Of a DNA stretch of 39,637 bases, positions 20,744-28,632 are shown piece by piece. Every line of letters begins with the position of its first letter. Within the stretch, counting starts at the first letter, position 1. The position numbers and the translations under genes were made by a program. Location of the stretch: the IMG/VR virus record IMGVR_UViG_3300009826_000009, positions 1-39,637 of that record; one strand, written 5' to 3'. This DNA comes from a virus. The notes under the pieces are model-generated. The model was given only the letters and a program-made list of their open reading frames with translations. It had not been told where the DNA came from and made no database searches.

Positions 20744-20994
20744 CGCTCGCGCTCTGAGAGCTCGAAGTGCGTCACCAGCGGGCGCGCGGCCTCGGCGGCC
20801 TCGCGCTCCCAGCGCTGCTGCTCGGCGTGCGCAACGACCGCGGCGCGCCCATCGAGGGCCTGGCGCGCCAACGCGAGAACCCGCCCGACACCGCCGATGA
20901 GCGCGGCGCCGTGGCCATGGCGCCCCGAGGGCTCAAGCAGCGCGAGCAGCGCGACGAACAGCAGGCCGGCCGCAAGGATCGCCAGGACGGTCAT
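20740..20994 (-). CDS. 84-aa membrane-anchored protein
   Basis: MTVLAILAAGLLFVALLALL...; ATGA overlap with the HTH gene stop. Confidence 0.7.
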   Translation of the reverse strand: MTVLAILAAGLLFVALLALLEPSGRHGHGAALIGGVGRVLALARQALDGRAAVVAHAEQQRWEREAAEAARPLVTHFELSERER

Positions 20995-21500
20995 GCGGCG
21001 GCAGCCTCGGGCTCGATCGGCTTGAAGAACTCCCCTTCCTCGACGTCGAAGACCTCCATCAGCTGGGCCAGGTGCCCGGCGTCAGGTTCTTCGCGGCCGT
21101 GCTCCCATTTGGAGATGTGCTCGCGGTAGTCGCCGATCAGGACCGCCAGATCCTGCTGGGACATGCCCGCCGCTTCGCGCAGGCGCAGGATGTTCAGCCC
21201 GATGCGCTCGCGGCGCTTCTGCTTGAGCTCGCGCGCCCGCTCACGCTCTTCGGCGACCTCGATCGCGCGGCGCTCACGTTCGATCGCTTCGCGGCGGCGG
21301 CGCTCGCGCAGCTTGCGCTCAGCGAGCTTACGGCGCATGGCCGTGCGCTCGGCAGCCTGCTCTCGGATACGAGGCGTGTCGCTCGTCTGCACTCCCCAAC
21401 GGTTGCGCTTGCCCAGTGCGCCCGCAAGAAACGCGGGTCTATCCGTATAGCGCGGATTGTTGCAAAATGCAGGCTTCTTGCGCTGCGCGTAACTCCGCAT
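20991..21500 (-). CDS. XRE-type HTH regulator, first gene of the early operon (Cro/antirepressor-side); start uncertain (alternative ATG 21338)
   Basis: C-terminal IGLNILRLREAAGMSQQDLAVLIGDYREHISKWEHGRE; the first ~50 codons have low GC3 and overlap operator-like repeats. Confidence 0.75.
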   Translation of the reverse strand: MRSYAQRKKPAFCNNPRYTDRPAFLAGALGKRNRWGVQTSDTPRIREQAAERTAMRRKLAERKLRERRRREAIERERRAIEVAEERERARELKQKRRERIGLNILRLREAAGMSQQDLAVLIGDYREHISKWEHGREEPDAGHLAQLMEVFDVEEGEFFKPIEPEAAAA

Positions 21501-21648
21501 TTTGCGGATCTTTCCGCCGTGAGAATCGCGAGTCTATCCCGGTCTCAGGACCAGGCTATGGCGGCGCTTCTCGCTGCCCAACCCCCGTACAGACATTCTA
21601 TCTGATCGTATAGGGTTGCATCACCCCTGCTCGCGTGCTATAGACTGC
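21436..21648. promoter_or_regulatory. Immunity switch region: repeated GTCTAT motifs, inverted repeat and divergent promoters
   Basis: GTCTATCC at 21437 and 21532, TCTATC at 21597, inverted GTCTATAG at 21638-21645. Partial palindromes CTATCCGTATAG (21439-21450) and CTATCTGATCGTATAG (21598-21613). Inverted repeat GCAAAATGC/GCATTTTGC at 21462-21470/21497-21505. Minus-strand -10 TAGAAT at 21595-21600. Confidence 0.5.
21616..21644 (+). promoter_or_regulatory. Sigma-70-like promoter for the plus-strand operon
   Basis: TTGCAT-17 nt-TATAGA, 33 nt upstream of GTG 21677. Confidence 0.5.
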
Positions 21649-21676
21649 CTGGGCGCGAGAGGGAAGTATTCGGGCG

Positions 21677-21994
21677 GTGCCCGAGGAGCCGAAGAAGAAG
21701 AAGCAGGATCAACGCAGCAGGGCTCGTCGTCCGCCGACCGAGCAGACAAAGAAGCGGAACGAGCGCCAAGGCCAGCAGCTCAAGGCTGCGCGTGACGAAC
21801 AACCGGGTGACTGGAGTGCCGAGAGGCTGCGGGACGTGATCAACGAACAGTACGACACCAACTTAAAACTCTCCACTGTCTACGAATGGGAGAACGGCGA
21901 CAGCGACCCAGCACCGATCTACAAGGACGCCCTGGAAGAGATTTACGGTGTGAGGTTCATTGTTGCCCTACCCCGGAGAAAGGATCGTGCATGA
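21677..21994 (+). CDS. HTH regulator with a long basic N-terminus (CI-side repressor candidate)
   Basis: 105 aa; WSAERLRDVINEQYDTNLKLSTVYEWENGDSDP resembles an XRE HTH; divergent from the early operon; GC ~58-60%. Confidence 0.7.
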   Translation: MPEEPKKKKQDQRSRARRPPTEQTKKRNERQGQQLKAARDEQPGDWSAERLRDVINEQYDTNLKLSTVYEWENGDSDPAPIYKDALEEIYGVRFIVALPRRKDRA

Positions 21995-22368
21995 GCACTG
22001 AGGAGCTCGACGAGCGGGTGCCCAAGACCTTCGAGGAGTACGTGCGTCAACACAATGGCGAGCCAGTTCCGCACGTCCCCACATGTGAAGTCGAGGGAGA
22101 GACTGATTGCGCGGGCTTTCGATTGCCGCGCCCGAACATCGGGTCGCCGGAACTCGTCTGCGAGGGCTGCCTGCGGGAACGCTTCGCGCACGAAACCGGC
22201 GAGCAGTGGGTGTCCGATGCGCTGCTGGCAGCAATACGCGGAGAGGGCCCGTACCGCGTGTTCGATGGAGAGATCTGGGTCAAGCTCAAGACCGACCCTC
22301 GCAATCTCCTCGGCGTGCTGGCTGGTTGCAATCAGGTCTATCTGTATGAGGATGGGCTGGGGGCGTAA
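21991..22368 (+). CDS. Hypothetical Cys-rich protein (125 aa) co-transcribed with the repressor candidate
   Basis: ATG 21991 overlaps the upstream stop (ATGA); contains CEGC and other Cys residues; low GC. Confidence 0.7.
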   Translation: MSTEELDERVPKTFEEYVRQHNGEPVPHVPTCEVEGETDCAGFRLPRPNIGSPELVCEGCLRERFAHETGEQWVSDALLAAIRGEGPYRVFDGEIWVKLKTDPRNLLGVLAGCNQVYLYEDGLGA

Positions 22369-22374
22369 CAGCAG

Positions 22375-23157
22375 CTAACGGGCCAGCGGCCGCTCGAACG
22401 TAGCCCGCCACGTTTCCGGCCCTACGATCCCGTCCACTTGCAACCGCAGGTTGCGTTGCATCTGCGTGCACATGCGCTGGCTTTCCGGCCCGTAGGCGCC
22501 GTCCACCTCGATCGGCCAGCGCCGCTCACGCATCCTGGCCTGCCACGTCCGCACTGCCTCGATGCGCAGGATCGGCGGCTGGCGGAGCAGGCGCCCACCC
22601 CACGGCGGCGCCGAGCGCGTCTGAAACCCACCGCCCCCACCACCGGACGGCTGAGACGGCGCCGGTGCCCCGCCCTGCGCGGGCATCCCGTTGCGCGCCC
22701 ACTGTGTGAGCACCGGCCCTGGGCACGCGGTGGCGAAGTGCTGGCCGTGCCAGGTGATCCCCAGGCGCCGCGCGCCCGGCCGCGCGCAGATCCACTCATA
22801 CAGCGCGCGCGTGGCGTTGCGCGTGGCCTGCGGTATCTGCTCGCCCGGGGCGATCATCACGCACACGCCGATCCCATCGGCGTTGCGCGGCGGTGAGTGA
22901 ATCCCGCGCAACAGCCCCACACCTTCATAGATCGTGCCCGAGCGACCCACCAGGTACCCGTAGCCCGGCGCGGCGGCCCAGCCGAGGTTGCGGTGCTGGC
23001 GCTCGATCGAGCGCACCACCGCGCGCTCGTCGTTGCCGACAGCGCTGCCCGGCCAGTGCACGACGAACCAGCGCCACTGCGAGCTCGGGAAGTGGCGGTT
23101 GCCGGGGATGCCGAACTGGGATCCCCACTCGCGCCGGCTGACTATGCGGATGCTCAT
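22375..23157 (-). CDS. Endolysin: N-acetylmuramoyl-L-alanine amidase (PGRP/Amidase_2-like) with C-terminal peptidoglycan-binding repeat
   Basis: 260 aa; WFVVHWPGS..GYGYLVGRSGTIYEG..; C-terminal VDGAYGPESQRMCTQMQRNLRLQVDGIVGPETW. Confidence 0.85.
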   Translation of the reverse strand: MSIRIVSRREWGSQFGIPGNRHFPSSQWRWFVVHWPGSAVGNDERAVVRSIERQHRNLGWAAAPGYGYLVGRSGTIYEGVGLLRGIHSPPRNADGIGVCVMIAPGEQIPQATRNATRALYEWICARPGARRLGITWHGQHFATACPGPVLTQWARNGMPAQGGAPAPSQPSGGGGGGFQTRSAPPWGGRLLRQPPILRIEAVRTWQARMRERRWPIEVDGAYGPESQRMCTQMQRNLRLQVDGIVGPETWRATFERPLAR

Positions 23158-23684
23158 GGCTCCTCGCTCCTCTCTGGCTCCGGTTGGCTGATGTCCTGCT
23201 CCTCGGGCACGTCGGGGATCTCGTGCGGTGACTCCGGCGGCTCCGATTCCTCGCCGTCCTTCACTTCTGAGACCAGATCGCCCGGCTCTGATGCCTCCTG
23301 CTCGTGCGGCGGTTCGTGCTGTGGGTCGGGGTGCTCGGGCTCATACCCTTCGGGCTCGGGGTGCTCTGAGGACTGCTCGTCGTGCTCCTTTGTCTGGTTT
23401 GCAGGTAGGCCTTGCGGGCCCATCACGCCGGTCGGCCCCGCCGGACCGGGCGGGCCTTCCGGCCCGGGCGCGCCAGTGCGCGCCGCCTGCCAGTAGCGGC
23501 CCAGCTGCGCGATGCCGAACGCGACCAGGCCGACCAGCGCGGCGACTTCTTCTGGCTCGTTGAGCTGCTGTATCGCGGCGGTGCCGCTCTCGGCCGTTTT
23601 GATGATCACCGGCACCAGGCCCGCCAGCGCGGTCAGCCAGCCGACGATCGTGGTGGGGCCGATCGGGATCTCGGGTTTCGCCAT
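23154..23684 (-). CDS. Holin-like two-TM protein with a collagen-like segment and acidic tail
   Basis: 176 aa; TM1 TTIVGWLTALAGLVPVII, TM2 VAALVGLVAFGIAQLG; then [22 protein letters not shown] and an E/P/H-rich tail; ATGA-coupled to the endolysin. Confidence 0.55.
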   Translation of the reverse strand: MAKPEIPIGPTTIVGWLTALAGLVPVIIKTAESGTAAIQQLNEPEEVAALVGLVAFGIAQLGRYWQAARTGAPGPEGPPGPAGPTGVMGPQGLPANQTKEHDEQSSEHPEPEGYEPEHPDPQHEPPHEQEASEPGDLVSEVKDGEESEPPESPHEIPDVPEEQDISQPEPERSEEP

Positions 23685-23694
23685 TTCACTCCTC

Positions 23695-24294
23695 TCAGGT
23701 CTTGATCATCCAGTTGCCGACAAAGTAGGGCGGCATGTTGTTGTGGCCTTCGCCTGCGCCCTGGTTGGGGATCGAATGTGTGTGTGCGGCCGAGTTGGCA
23801 CCGGTGTCCGGCGCGTGAAAGAGCGTGACCCCCCCCGGCGCATAGCCCAGCGCGCCCCCGGCAACCGCCAGGTTGCCGACGTAGCTGTTCGCGAGTGGAT
23901 GCGTATGGGTGGCGCTTTCGGTGCCCGTCTCACCGCCGTGATTGTGGGCGGGAATCTGCGCGACGCTGAGCGCGACACTCGCGACGCCGCCGTGCGATCC
24001 CAGCGGGCGGGCCCCGCTGGCACCTAGCAACGCGGCATCGCGCCCGTCGGGTATCTTCACCATTCCGGCAGCGGCGGCGCCGTAACGCGAGCCCCCTCCT
24101 GTGCCAAGCTCGGCAGCCAGCGCCGGATAGGTGGCGCCCGACACCTCTTGGCCCTGGCACAAGAGCCACCCTGCAGGTGCCGCCGCCCTGGTGGTCGCCT
24201 TCAGGTCGCCCGCTTGCCACACTTCTGCGACGCTACCGGGCGGGCCTTCCGGCCCGGGCGGCCCGCGCAGGTTGCCGACGGGCTGCCAGCTCAT
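23695..24294 (-). CDS. Tail fibre protein with phage tail-collar domain
   Basis: 199 aa from ATG 24294 (ATGA overlap); short [10 protein letters not shown], then [23 protein letters not shown]...IPDGRD...AQIPAHNH collar pattern. Confidence 0.75.
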   Translation of the reverse strand: MSWQPVGNLRGPPGPEGPPGSVAEVWQAGDLKATTRAAAPAGWLLCQGQEVSGATYPALAAELGTGGGSRYGAAAAGMVKIPDGRDAALLGASGARPLGSHGGVASVALSVAQIPAHNHGGETGTESATHTHPLANSYVGNLAVAGGALGYAPGGVTLFHAPDTGANSAAHTHSIPNQGAGEGHNNMPPYFVGNWMIKT

Positions 24295-25391
24295 GCGCCC
24301 CACACCCACAGGTCGCCGTTGGTGTCAAGCCACCCGTCACCCGGCGAGCCGGGGTCGCTCGGCGGCCCCACGCCCGGCAGCGTGCCCAGGATGCGCACAC
24401 CGGCGCCGGCAGGCCCCTGCGGCCCTTCGGGACCCTGCGGCCCTTCGGGACCTTCGGGACCGTGCGGCCCCGGGTTGCCCTGTGGACCTTCCTGACCCTG
24501 AATCCCCTGCCCGCCTTCCGGGCCGGTCGGGCCCGCTTCGCCGCGTTCGCCGGGGTTGCCCTGCTGGCCCGCTTGCCCGGGCGGACCGGGCGGGCCGGGT
24601 GGGCCCGGCTCACCGCCCGGCAGCGCGGCGCCCTGCCCCGCCTGCAGCCAGATCGCGGGCATGATCGAGTTGCGCGCCAGCCCGGTGCGCGAGGCCACGG
24701 CGGGCAGTGAGGCCACACCGGCGCCGCCGGTGGCCTGCCCGGTGGTGAGCCACGCGTTCGGCAGCACGTTGGCCGCCGGCGCATCCACGCCGGGCAGGTA
24801 GGGGTTCGCGCCGCTCACCGTGCGCAGCGTGGGCGCGGCGCTGCCGACCGAGGCGATCGCCAGCCAGTAGCGTCCGGCGGGCGCGGCCAGCGCGCCGTTG
24901 AGCATCCCCACGGCCGAGGCGAGCATCTCCGCGGTCTGCACGACCAGGTCGCCGGGGCCGCCGTCTGAGGCGAACGTGTACAGCCCGATGCGGATGCGCC
25001 CGTTGGCGTTGGCGGTGGAGACGTCGATGCGCGCCGTCGTGATCGGGCGGAACAGCACGACCGGCGTGAGGCGCACCTGCGCGTTGGTCTGCGCCGCGGT
25101 CGCGAGCGTGCCAAGGAACGGAAACGCCGGCTGCCACAGTTCGGGCAGCGCGGGGATCTGCCCCAGGAAAACGGAGTCTTCACCGGGAGGGCCGGGGCTG
25201 CCGGGCTGGCCGGCTTCACCGGGCGAGCCCGGACCGCCCGCTTCACCGATTTCACCGCGCGGGCCCTGCGGCCCTTCAACGCCCTGGATCCCCTGTTCGC
25301 CCTGTTCGCCTGGCTCGCCTTTGGGGCCCTGCTCGCCGGGCGGGCCCTGCGGGCCTCGGATCGTGCCGACGTTCTCCCAGGAGGGGCTCAT
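24291..25391 (-). CDS. Collagen-like tail fibre protein (two Gly-X-Y blocks flanking a globular domain)
   Basis: 366 aa from ATG 25391 (ATGA overlap); GXY runs at both ends; C-terminus [16 protein letters not shown]. Confidence 0.8.
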   Translation of the reverse strand: MSPSWENVGTIRGPQGPPGEQGPKGEPGEQGEQGIQGVEGPQGPRGEIGEAGGPGSPGEAGQPGSPGPPGEDSVFLGQIPALPELWQPAFPFLGTLATAAQTNAQVRLTPVVLFRPITTARIDVSTANANGRIRIGLYTFASDGGPGDLVVQTAEMLASAVGMLNGALAAPAGRYWLAIASVGSAAPTLRTVSGANPYLPGVDAPAANVLPNAWLTTGQATGGAGVASLPAVASRTGLARNSIMPAIWLQAGQGAALPGGEPGPPGPPGPPGQAGQQGNPGERGEAGPTGPEGGQGIQGQEGPQGNPGPHGPEGPEGPQGPEGPQGPAGAGVRILGTLPGVGPPSDPGSPGDGWLDTNGDLWVWGA

Positions 25392-25762
25392 CGCCACACC
25401 CACAGATCGCCGTCGATGATCCAGGCGTCGCCGGGCACGTTGCCTTCCTGCACCAGTTCACTCGCCGAGTCCAGCGTGCCGTTGATGCCCTCCAGGCCGC
25501 GCCCGGGCGGGCCCGCCGGACCGGTTGGGCCTGTGGGCCCCGGTCCACCGGCCTGCCCAGCCGGGCCGGTTGTCCCCGGCGCACCGGTTGTCCCCGGCGG
25601 CCCCGCCGGTCCCGTGGGCCCTGCCGGTCCTTGCGGCCCAGGCGCGCCTCCGCCACCGCCCCCGCCGCCGCGGCGCTCCAGGCGCGCGATGCGGTCCAGC
25701 AGGCGCTGGTCGGGCACGATCGGCGTGCCGCGGTCGATGCGCGGTCCCACGCGCGCGCTCAC
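25388..25762 (-). CDS. Collagen-like tail fibre protein (124 aa)
   Basis: GTG in a GTGA overlap; poly-Gly then about 17 GXY triplets; C-terminus [14 protein letters not shown]. Confidence 0.75.
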   Translation of the reverse strand: MSARVGPRIDRGTPIVPDQRLLDRIARLERRGGGGGGGGAPGPQGPAGPTGPAGPPGTTGAPGTTGPAGQAGGPGPTGPTGPAGPPGRGLEGINGTLDSASELVQEGNVPGDAWIIDGDLWVWR

Positions 25763-26796
25763 GCGCCCGCCCCCACGGTGAGCGTGACCGTCTCGCGCCC
25801 CTCCTCGTCCAGCTCGATGTCCAGCTGCTGCACGCGCGCTGTCGTGTCGATCTCCAGGCGCCCAGATTTGACGATCAGCGGCACCTCATCACCCAGCCAC
25901 ACATCGCTCGGCCCCTGCCACAGCCCGGGCAGCAGCGTGGCTACGTAGGCCGCCGGCGGGTTGAGCGAGTCGGCGAGCAGCTGCTCGGCGGCGGCGTTGA
26001 CCGCGGCCTGGTCCTTCAGGTCGCTGTTTGAGACCACGCGCGCGATGCGCCCCTGGCGCAGCGAGCCCAGGTTGGGCGCCCAGCGGTCGGCGTATGGTTC
26101 GGGCGCTTCGCTGCCGGCGCCCTCGGGGCGCCCGCCGCGCACCCTGACCCAGTTGGCATAGCGGCTGGTATCGCCGGCGCGTTTGAGCTTTGAGATCGAC
26201 GTGCCCCACGCCAGCGGGAAGTCGGGGTGGGAGACGCCGCGCCAGCTGGCCTGCTGGAAGCGCAGCTCCGGGTCGATCCACCACTCAAAGCCGTCCTCGT
26301 AGTCCTGAAAGCGGTCCAAAAACTTGTCCCACGGCGTGTCCACATCCAGCACCTCGGTGCGCACCACCGGCGCCGCGCGCGAATCCCCGCGCGTGATTCC
26401 GAGCGCCCCGCCCGCGCCCACCTGCGCGTTGAAGACGGCATCCCAGCCGATGTTGTCCTGCTGCCAGCCCGCATAGGTGCGCCCGCCTTCGTCGATGCGC
26501 GCGCCGAGCACGCCGCGGTAGTCCACCGCCGAGAAGTTGGTCGTATGGCGGTCTGCGTCCAGATCGTCATCGGGCGAGCCCAGGCGCGCGCGCAGCATGC
26601 GTTCGCTGCCGCGCCAGAGCACCAGATCGCACTGCAGCTCCTCCAGATCGCGCGCCTGCTCTGCACGCCCGTCGATCTGGAACTTCGCCGTGCACGGCCC
26701 GCGCAGGTCAAAGCTCACAGAACGCCCCCGCGCGAAGGTGAGATCCCCGAGCGCCTGGCCCTGTACAGTCTGCGCGACCCAGGCCCAGTCCATCAC
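25759..26796 (-). CDS. Minor tail / baseplate-tip protein (345 aa)
   Basis: Position between Dit and the fibres; ATGA-coupled; no catalytic motif seen. Confidence 0.55.
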   Translation of the reverse strand: MMDWAWVAQTVQGQALGDLTFARGRSVSFDLRGPCTAKFQIDGRAEQARDLEELQCDLVLWRGSERMLRARLGSPDDDLDADRHTTNFSAVDYRGVLGARIDEGGRTYAGWQQDNIGWDAVFNAQVGAGGALGITRGDSRAAPVVRTEVLDVDTPWDKFLDRFQDYEDGFEWWIDPELRFQQASWRGVSHPDFPLAWGTSISKLKRAGDTSRYANWVRVRGGRPEGAGSEAPEPYADRWAPNLGSLRQGRIARVVSNSDLKDQAAVNAAAEQLLADSLNPPAAYVATLLPGLWQGPSDVWLGDEVPLIVKSGRLEIDTTARVQQLDIELDEEGRETVTLTVGAGA

Positions 26797-27764
26797 GTCA
26801 GGGCGGTCCCCGATGGGGTGATCCGCATCGTGAGCTGTCCGGCAGTGAATACAGGCCCCCAGCCGCCATGCTTGTTTTGCACGACGGCCTCGCAGTAGAG
26901 CTGCTCATACCAGTTGACCTTCAGCGCCTCCACGACGAGGTTCATCTTTACGTACTGGCCGAACTGCACTCCCTGGGCGAACAGGCCGATGTCAGCTGGC
27001 TGGCGGAAGGCGAGTAGCTCGGGATTCTGGCCCGCCAGGTCGCGATACAGTGACACCCACACCGTGCCCGAGCCCGCTCCGGCGTTGTTCCACCAGACCG
27101 TGCCCTCGGCCGTGACCTCGACATCCACCGGGCCGGCCAGCGGCGCGACGATGCGCAAGGGGGAATCCCAGCGGACTGCGGTGCCCGGTGGCGGGGCCGT
27201 CTGGCCTAGCGCCTGAGCGCGGATGATACATTCCCCCATCGAGGCGGGGCGCGCCAATTTGCGGAAGTCGACGATTCTGTCGGCGTTGATGGCCACCGTG
27301 TTGGAGGCGATCTCCTCGATCCAGCACAGCATCACCGCCGAAGGCGGGTGGTCGGGTAGGAACGGGGCGACAGCGCTGGTGGGGCCGGACGTGCCGGGCA
27401 ACACCTCGCACCGCCAGTAGGCTTCTTCTTCCCCGCCGGGCTCATACACACGTGCGTAGATGCGATCGCGCCGCCAATTGCCCGCGGAGGGTCCCGCCGG
27501 GATCGGCACGTTGACGCGCTGGGCCAGCGGGCAGACGTAGTGGCCCTGATCGGCCTGGTCGGTGCCGGGGATCACGACGTGGCCGGGCAACACATCGACT
27601 GACATGTTCGAGCCCTCCTGGCGCGGGACCACGCGCAGGTCGTCCAGGTCGATCACGCCGCCGCGCAGCGTGGCCATGATCAGCCGGCGGTCATCCGCCG
27701 CCGAGTATTCGGAGTTCTGTGACCACAGCGGCGGGCGGTAGACCACACCCTCTTGCGCGTTCAT
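26793..27764 (-). CDS. Minor tail protein (323 aa)
   Basis: Internal ATG 27764 with RBS GAGGAG; the N-terminal pattern PPLWSQNSEYSAADDRRL..GGVIDLDDLRV is common in actinophage minor tail proteins (recollection). Confidence 0.55.
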   Translation of the reverse strand: MNAQEGVVYRPPLWSQNSEYSAADDRRLIMATLRGGVIDLDDLRVVPRQEGSNMSVDVLPGHVVIPGTDQADQGHYVCPLAQRVNVPIPAGPSAGNWRRDRIYARVYEPGGEEEAYWRCEVLPGTSGPTSAVAPFLPDHPPSAVMLCWIEEIASNTVAINADRIVDFRKLARPASMGECIIRAQALGQTAPPPGTAVRWDSPLRIVAPLAGPVDVEVTAEGTVWWNNAGAGSGTVWVSLYRDLAGQNPELLAFRQPADIGLFAQGVQFGQYVKMNLVVEALKVNWYEQLYCEAVVQNKHGGWGPVFTAGQLTMRITPSGTALT

Positions 27765-27777
27765 GCCGGCTCCTCTC

Positions 27778-28632
27778 TCACAACAGGCTCGTGTCTCGCC
27801 AGGAAAAGAACATCTGCGCCGGGTTCTCCCACCAGTGGGTGTGAAAGCGCAGCGCGCTCGTGCTTTTGGGCGGCAGCTGCCACCACGTGGTCGCGGCGTA
27901 GTCGACTGTGTGCCAGCGGCTGCTTTCGCGCCGCCCGTCGGCCAGCACGGTGTGCTCGCGGCTGTTGACCTCGACGAACTCGCCGGCGCCGAGCTGCAGG
28001 TGGGCCAGATCGACCGCCTCGCCGGTTGAGTGGTTGACGATCGCGGGGCCGTGGCAGGGCCCGAAGATGCGCGCGGTCCAGTCCGCCGGCGCCGAGCCCG
28101 CGTTGGTCGCAAGCCACAGCGTGCCCGAGCCGTGCGGGTAGACGCGCGGGTGGATCAGCGGGTAGACGCGCCCCGCCACCTGGATCTCGGGCAGCAGGCG
28201 AATCTGTTGCTCCTCCGCCTCCAGCACGCCCGTGGGCGACTTGAAGCTGAGTGAGATGTCCTGCACGTTTGCGATTTGCGGGCGGGAGAACTGGTCGGGG
28301 CGCAGCAGGATGCGCTTGATCGAGCCGTCGTCAAAGCGCGAGTACAGCCACGGCCGCGCGCCGGGCATCAGGTAGGGCGCGAGCAGGTCCACGAGCGCCT
28401 GGCGGCGGCCGCGCGACTCCCAGTCGATCGCGACCTTGCCGGTGAGCGTGACGACACGACTCGACCAGTGTTTGGTCTGGTCGATCGTGCCCGACGCTTC
28501 CGGGCGGTCGTCCTCCACGGCGCGCGGCTCGGGGTAGCCCCAGTCGACCTCGGTGATGTGCAACAGCGCGGCGCCGTTCTCGGTGCCGTCGAGATCGAGC
28601 CCCGGGCCGCCTTCGAGCTCCAGGCGCAGCAT
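27778..28632 (-). CDS. Distal tail protein (Dit-like)
   Basis: 284 aa; starts in a TGATG overlap with the tape measure stop, the canonical Dit position. Confidence 0.65.
   Translation of the reverse strand: MLRLELEGGPGLDLDGTENGAALLHITEVDWGYPEPRAVEDDRPEASGTIDQTKHWSSRVVTLTGKVAIDWESRGRRQALVDLLAPYLMPGARPWLYSRFDDGSIKRILLRPDQFSRPQIANVQDISLSFKSPTGVLEAEEQQIRLLPEIQVAGRVYPLIHPRVYPHGSGTLWLATNAGSAPADWTARIFGPCHGPAIVNHSTGEAVDLAHLQLGAGEFVEVNSREHTVLADGRRESSRWHTVDYAATTWWQLPPKSTSALRFHTHWWENPAQMFFSWRDTSLL

Noticed and set aside
22368-22375. Expected bidirectional terminator between the convergent plus operon and the endolysin.
   Set aside because: Only 6 nt separate the two stop codons, and no hairpin or T-run is present, so no terminator can be annotated there.
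23400-25680. Short-period nucleotide repeats (9-nt periodicity, GGNCCN runs) that could be mistaken for tandem repeats or a CRISPR-like array.
   Set aside because: They are in-frame Gly-X-Y collagen-like coding repeats of the fibre and holin-like genes. There is no repeat-spacer structure.
23695-27764. Diversity-generating retroelement acting on the tail fibre or receptor-binding genes.
   Set aside because: No reverse transcriptase ORF exists anywhere in the genome, and no template/variable repeat pair with adenine-specific differences was seen. The fibre repeats are the junction motifs and the collagen triplets.
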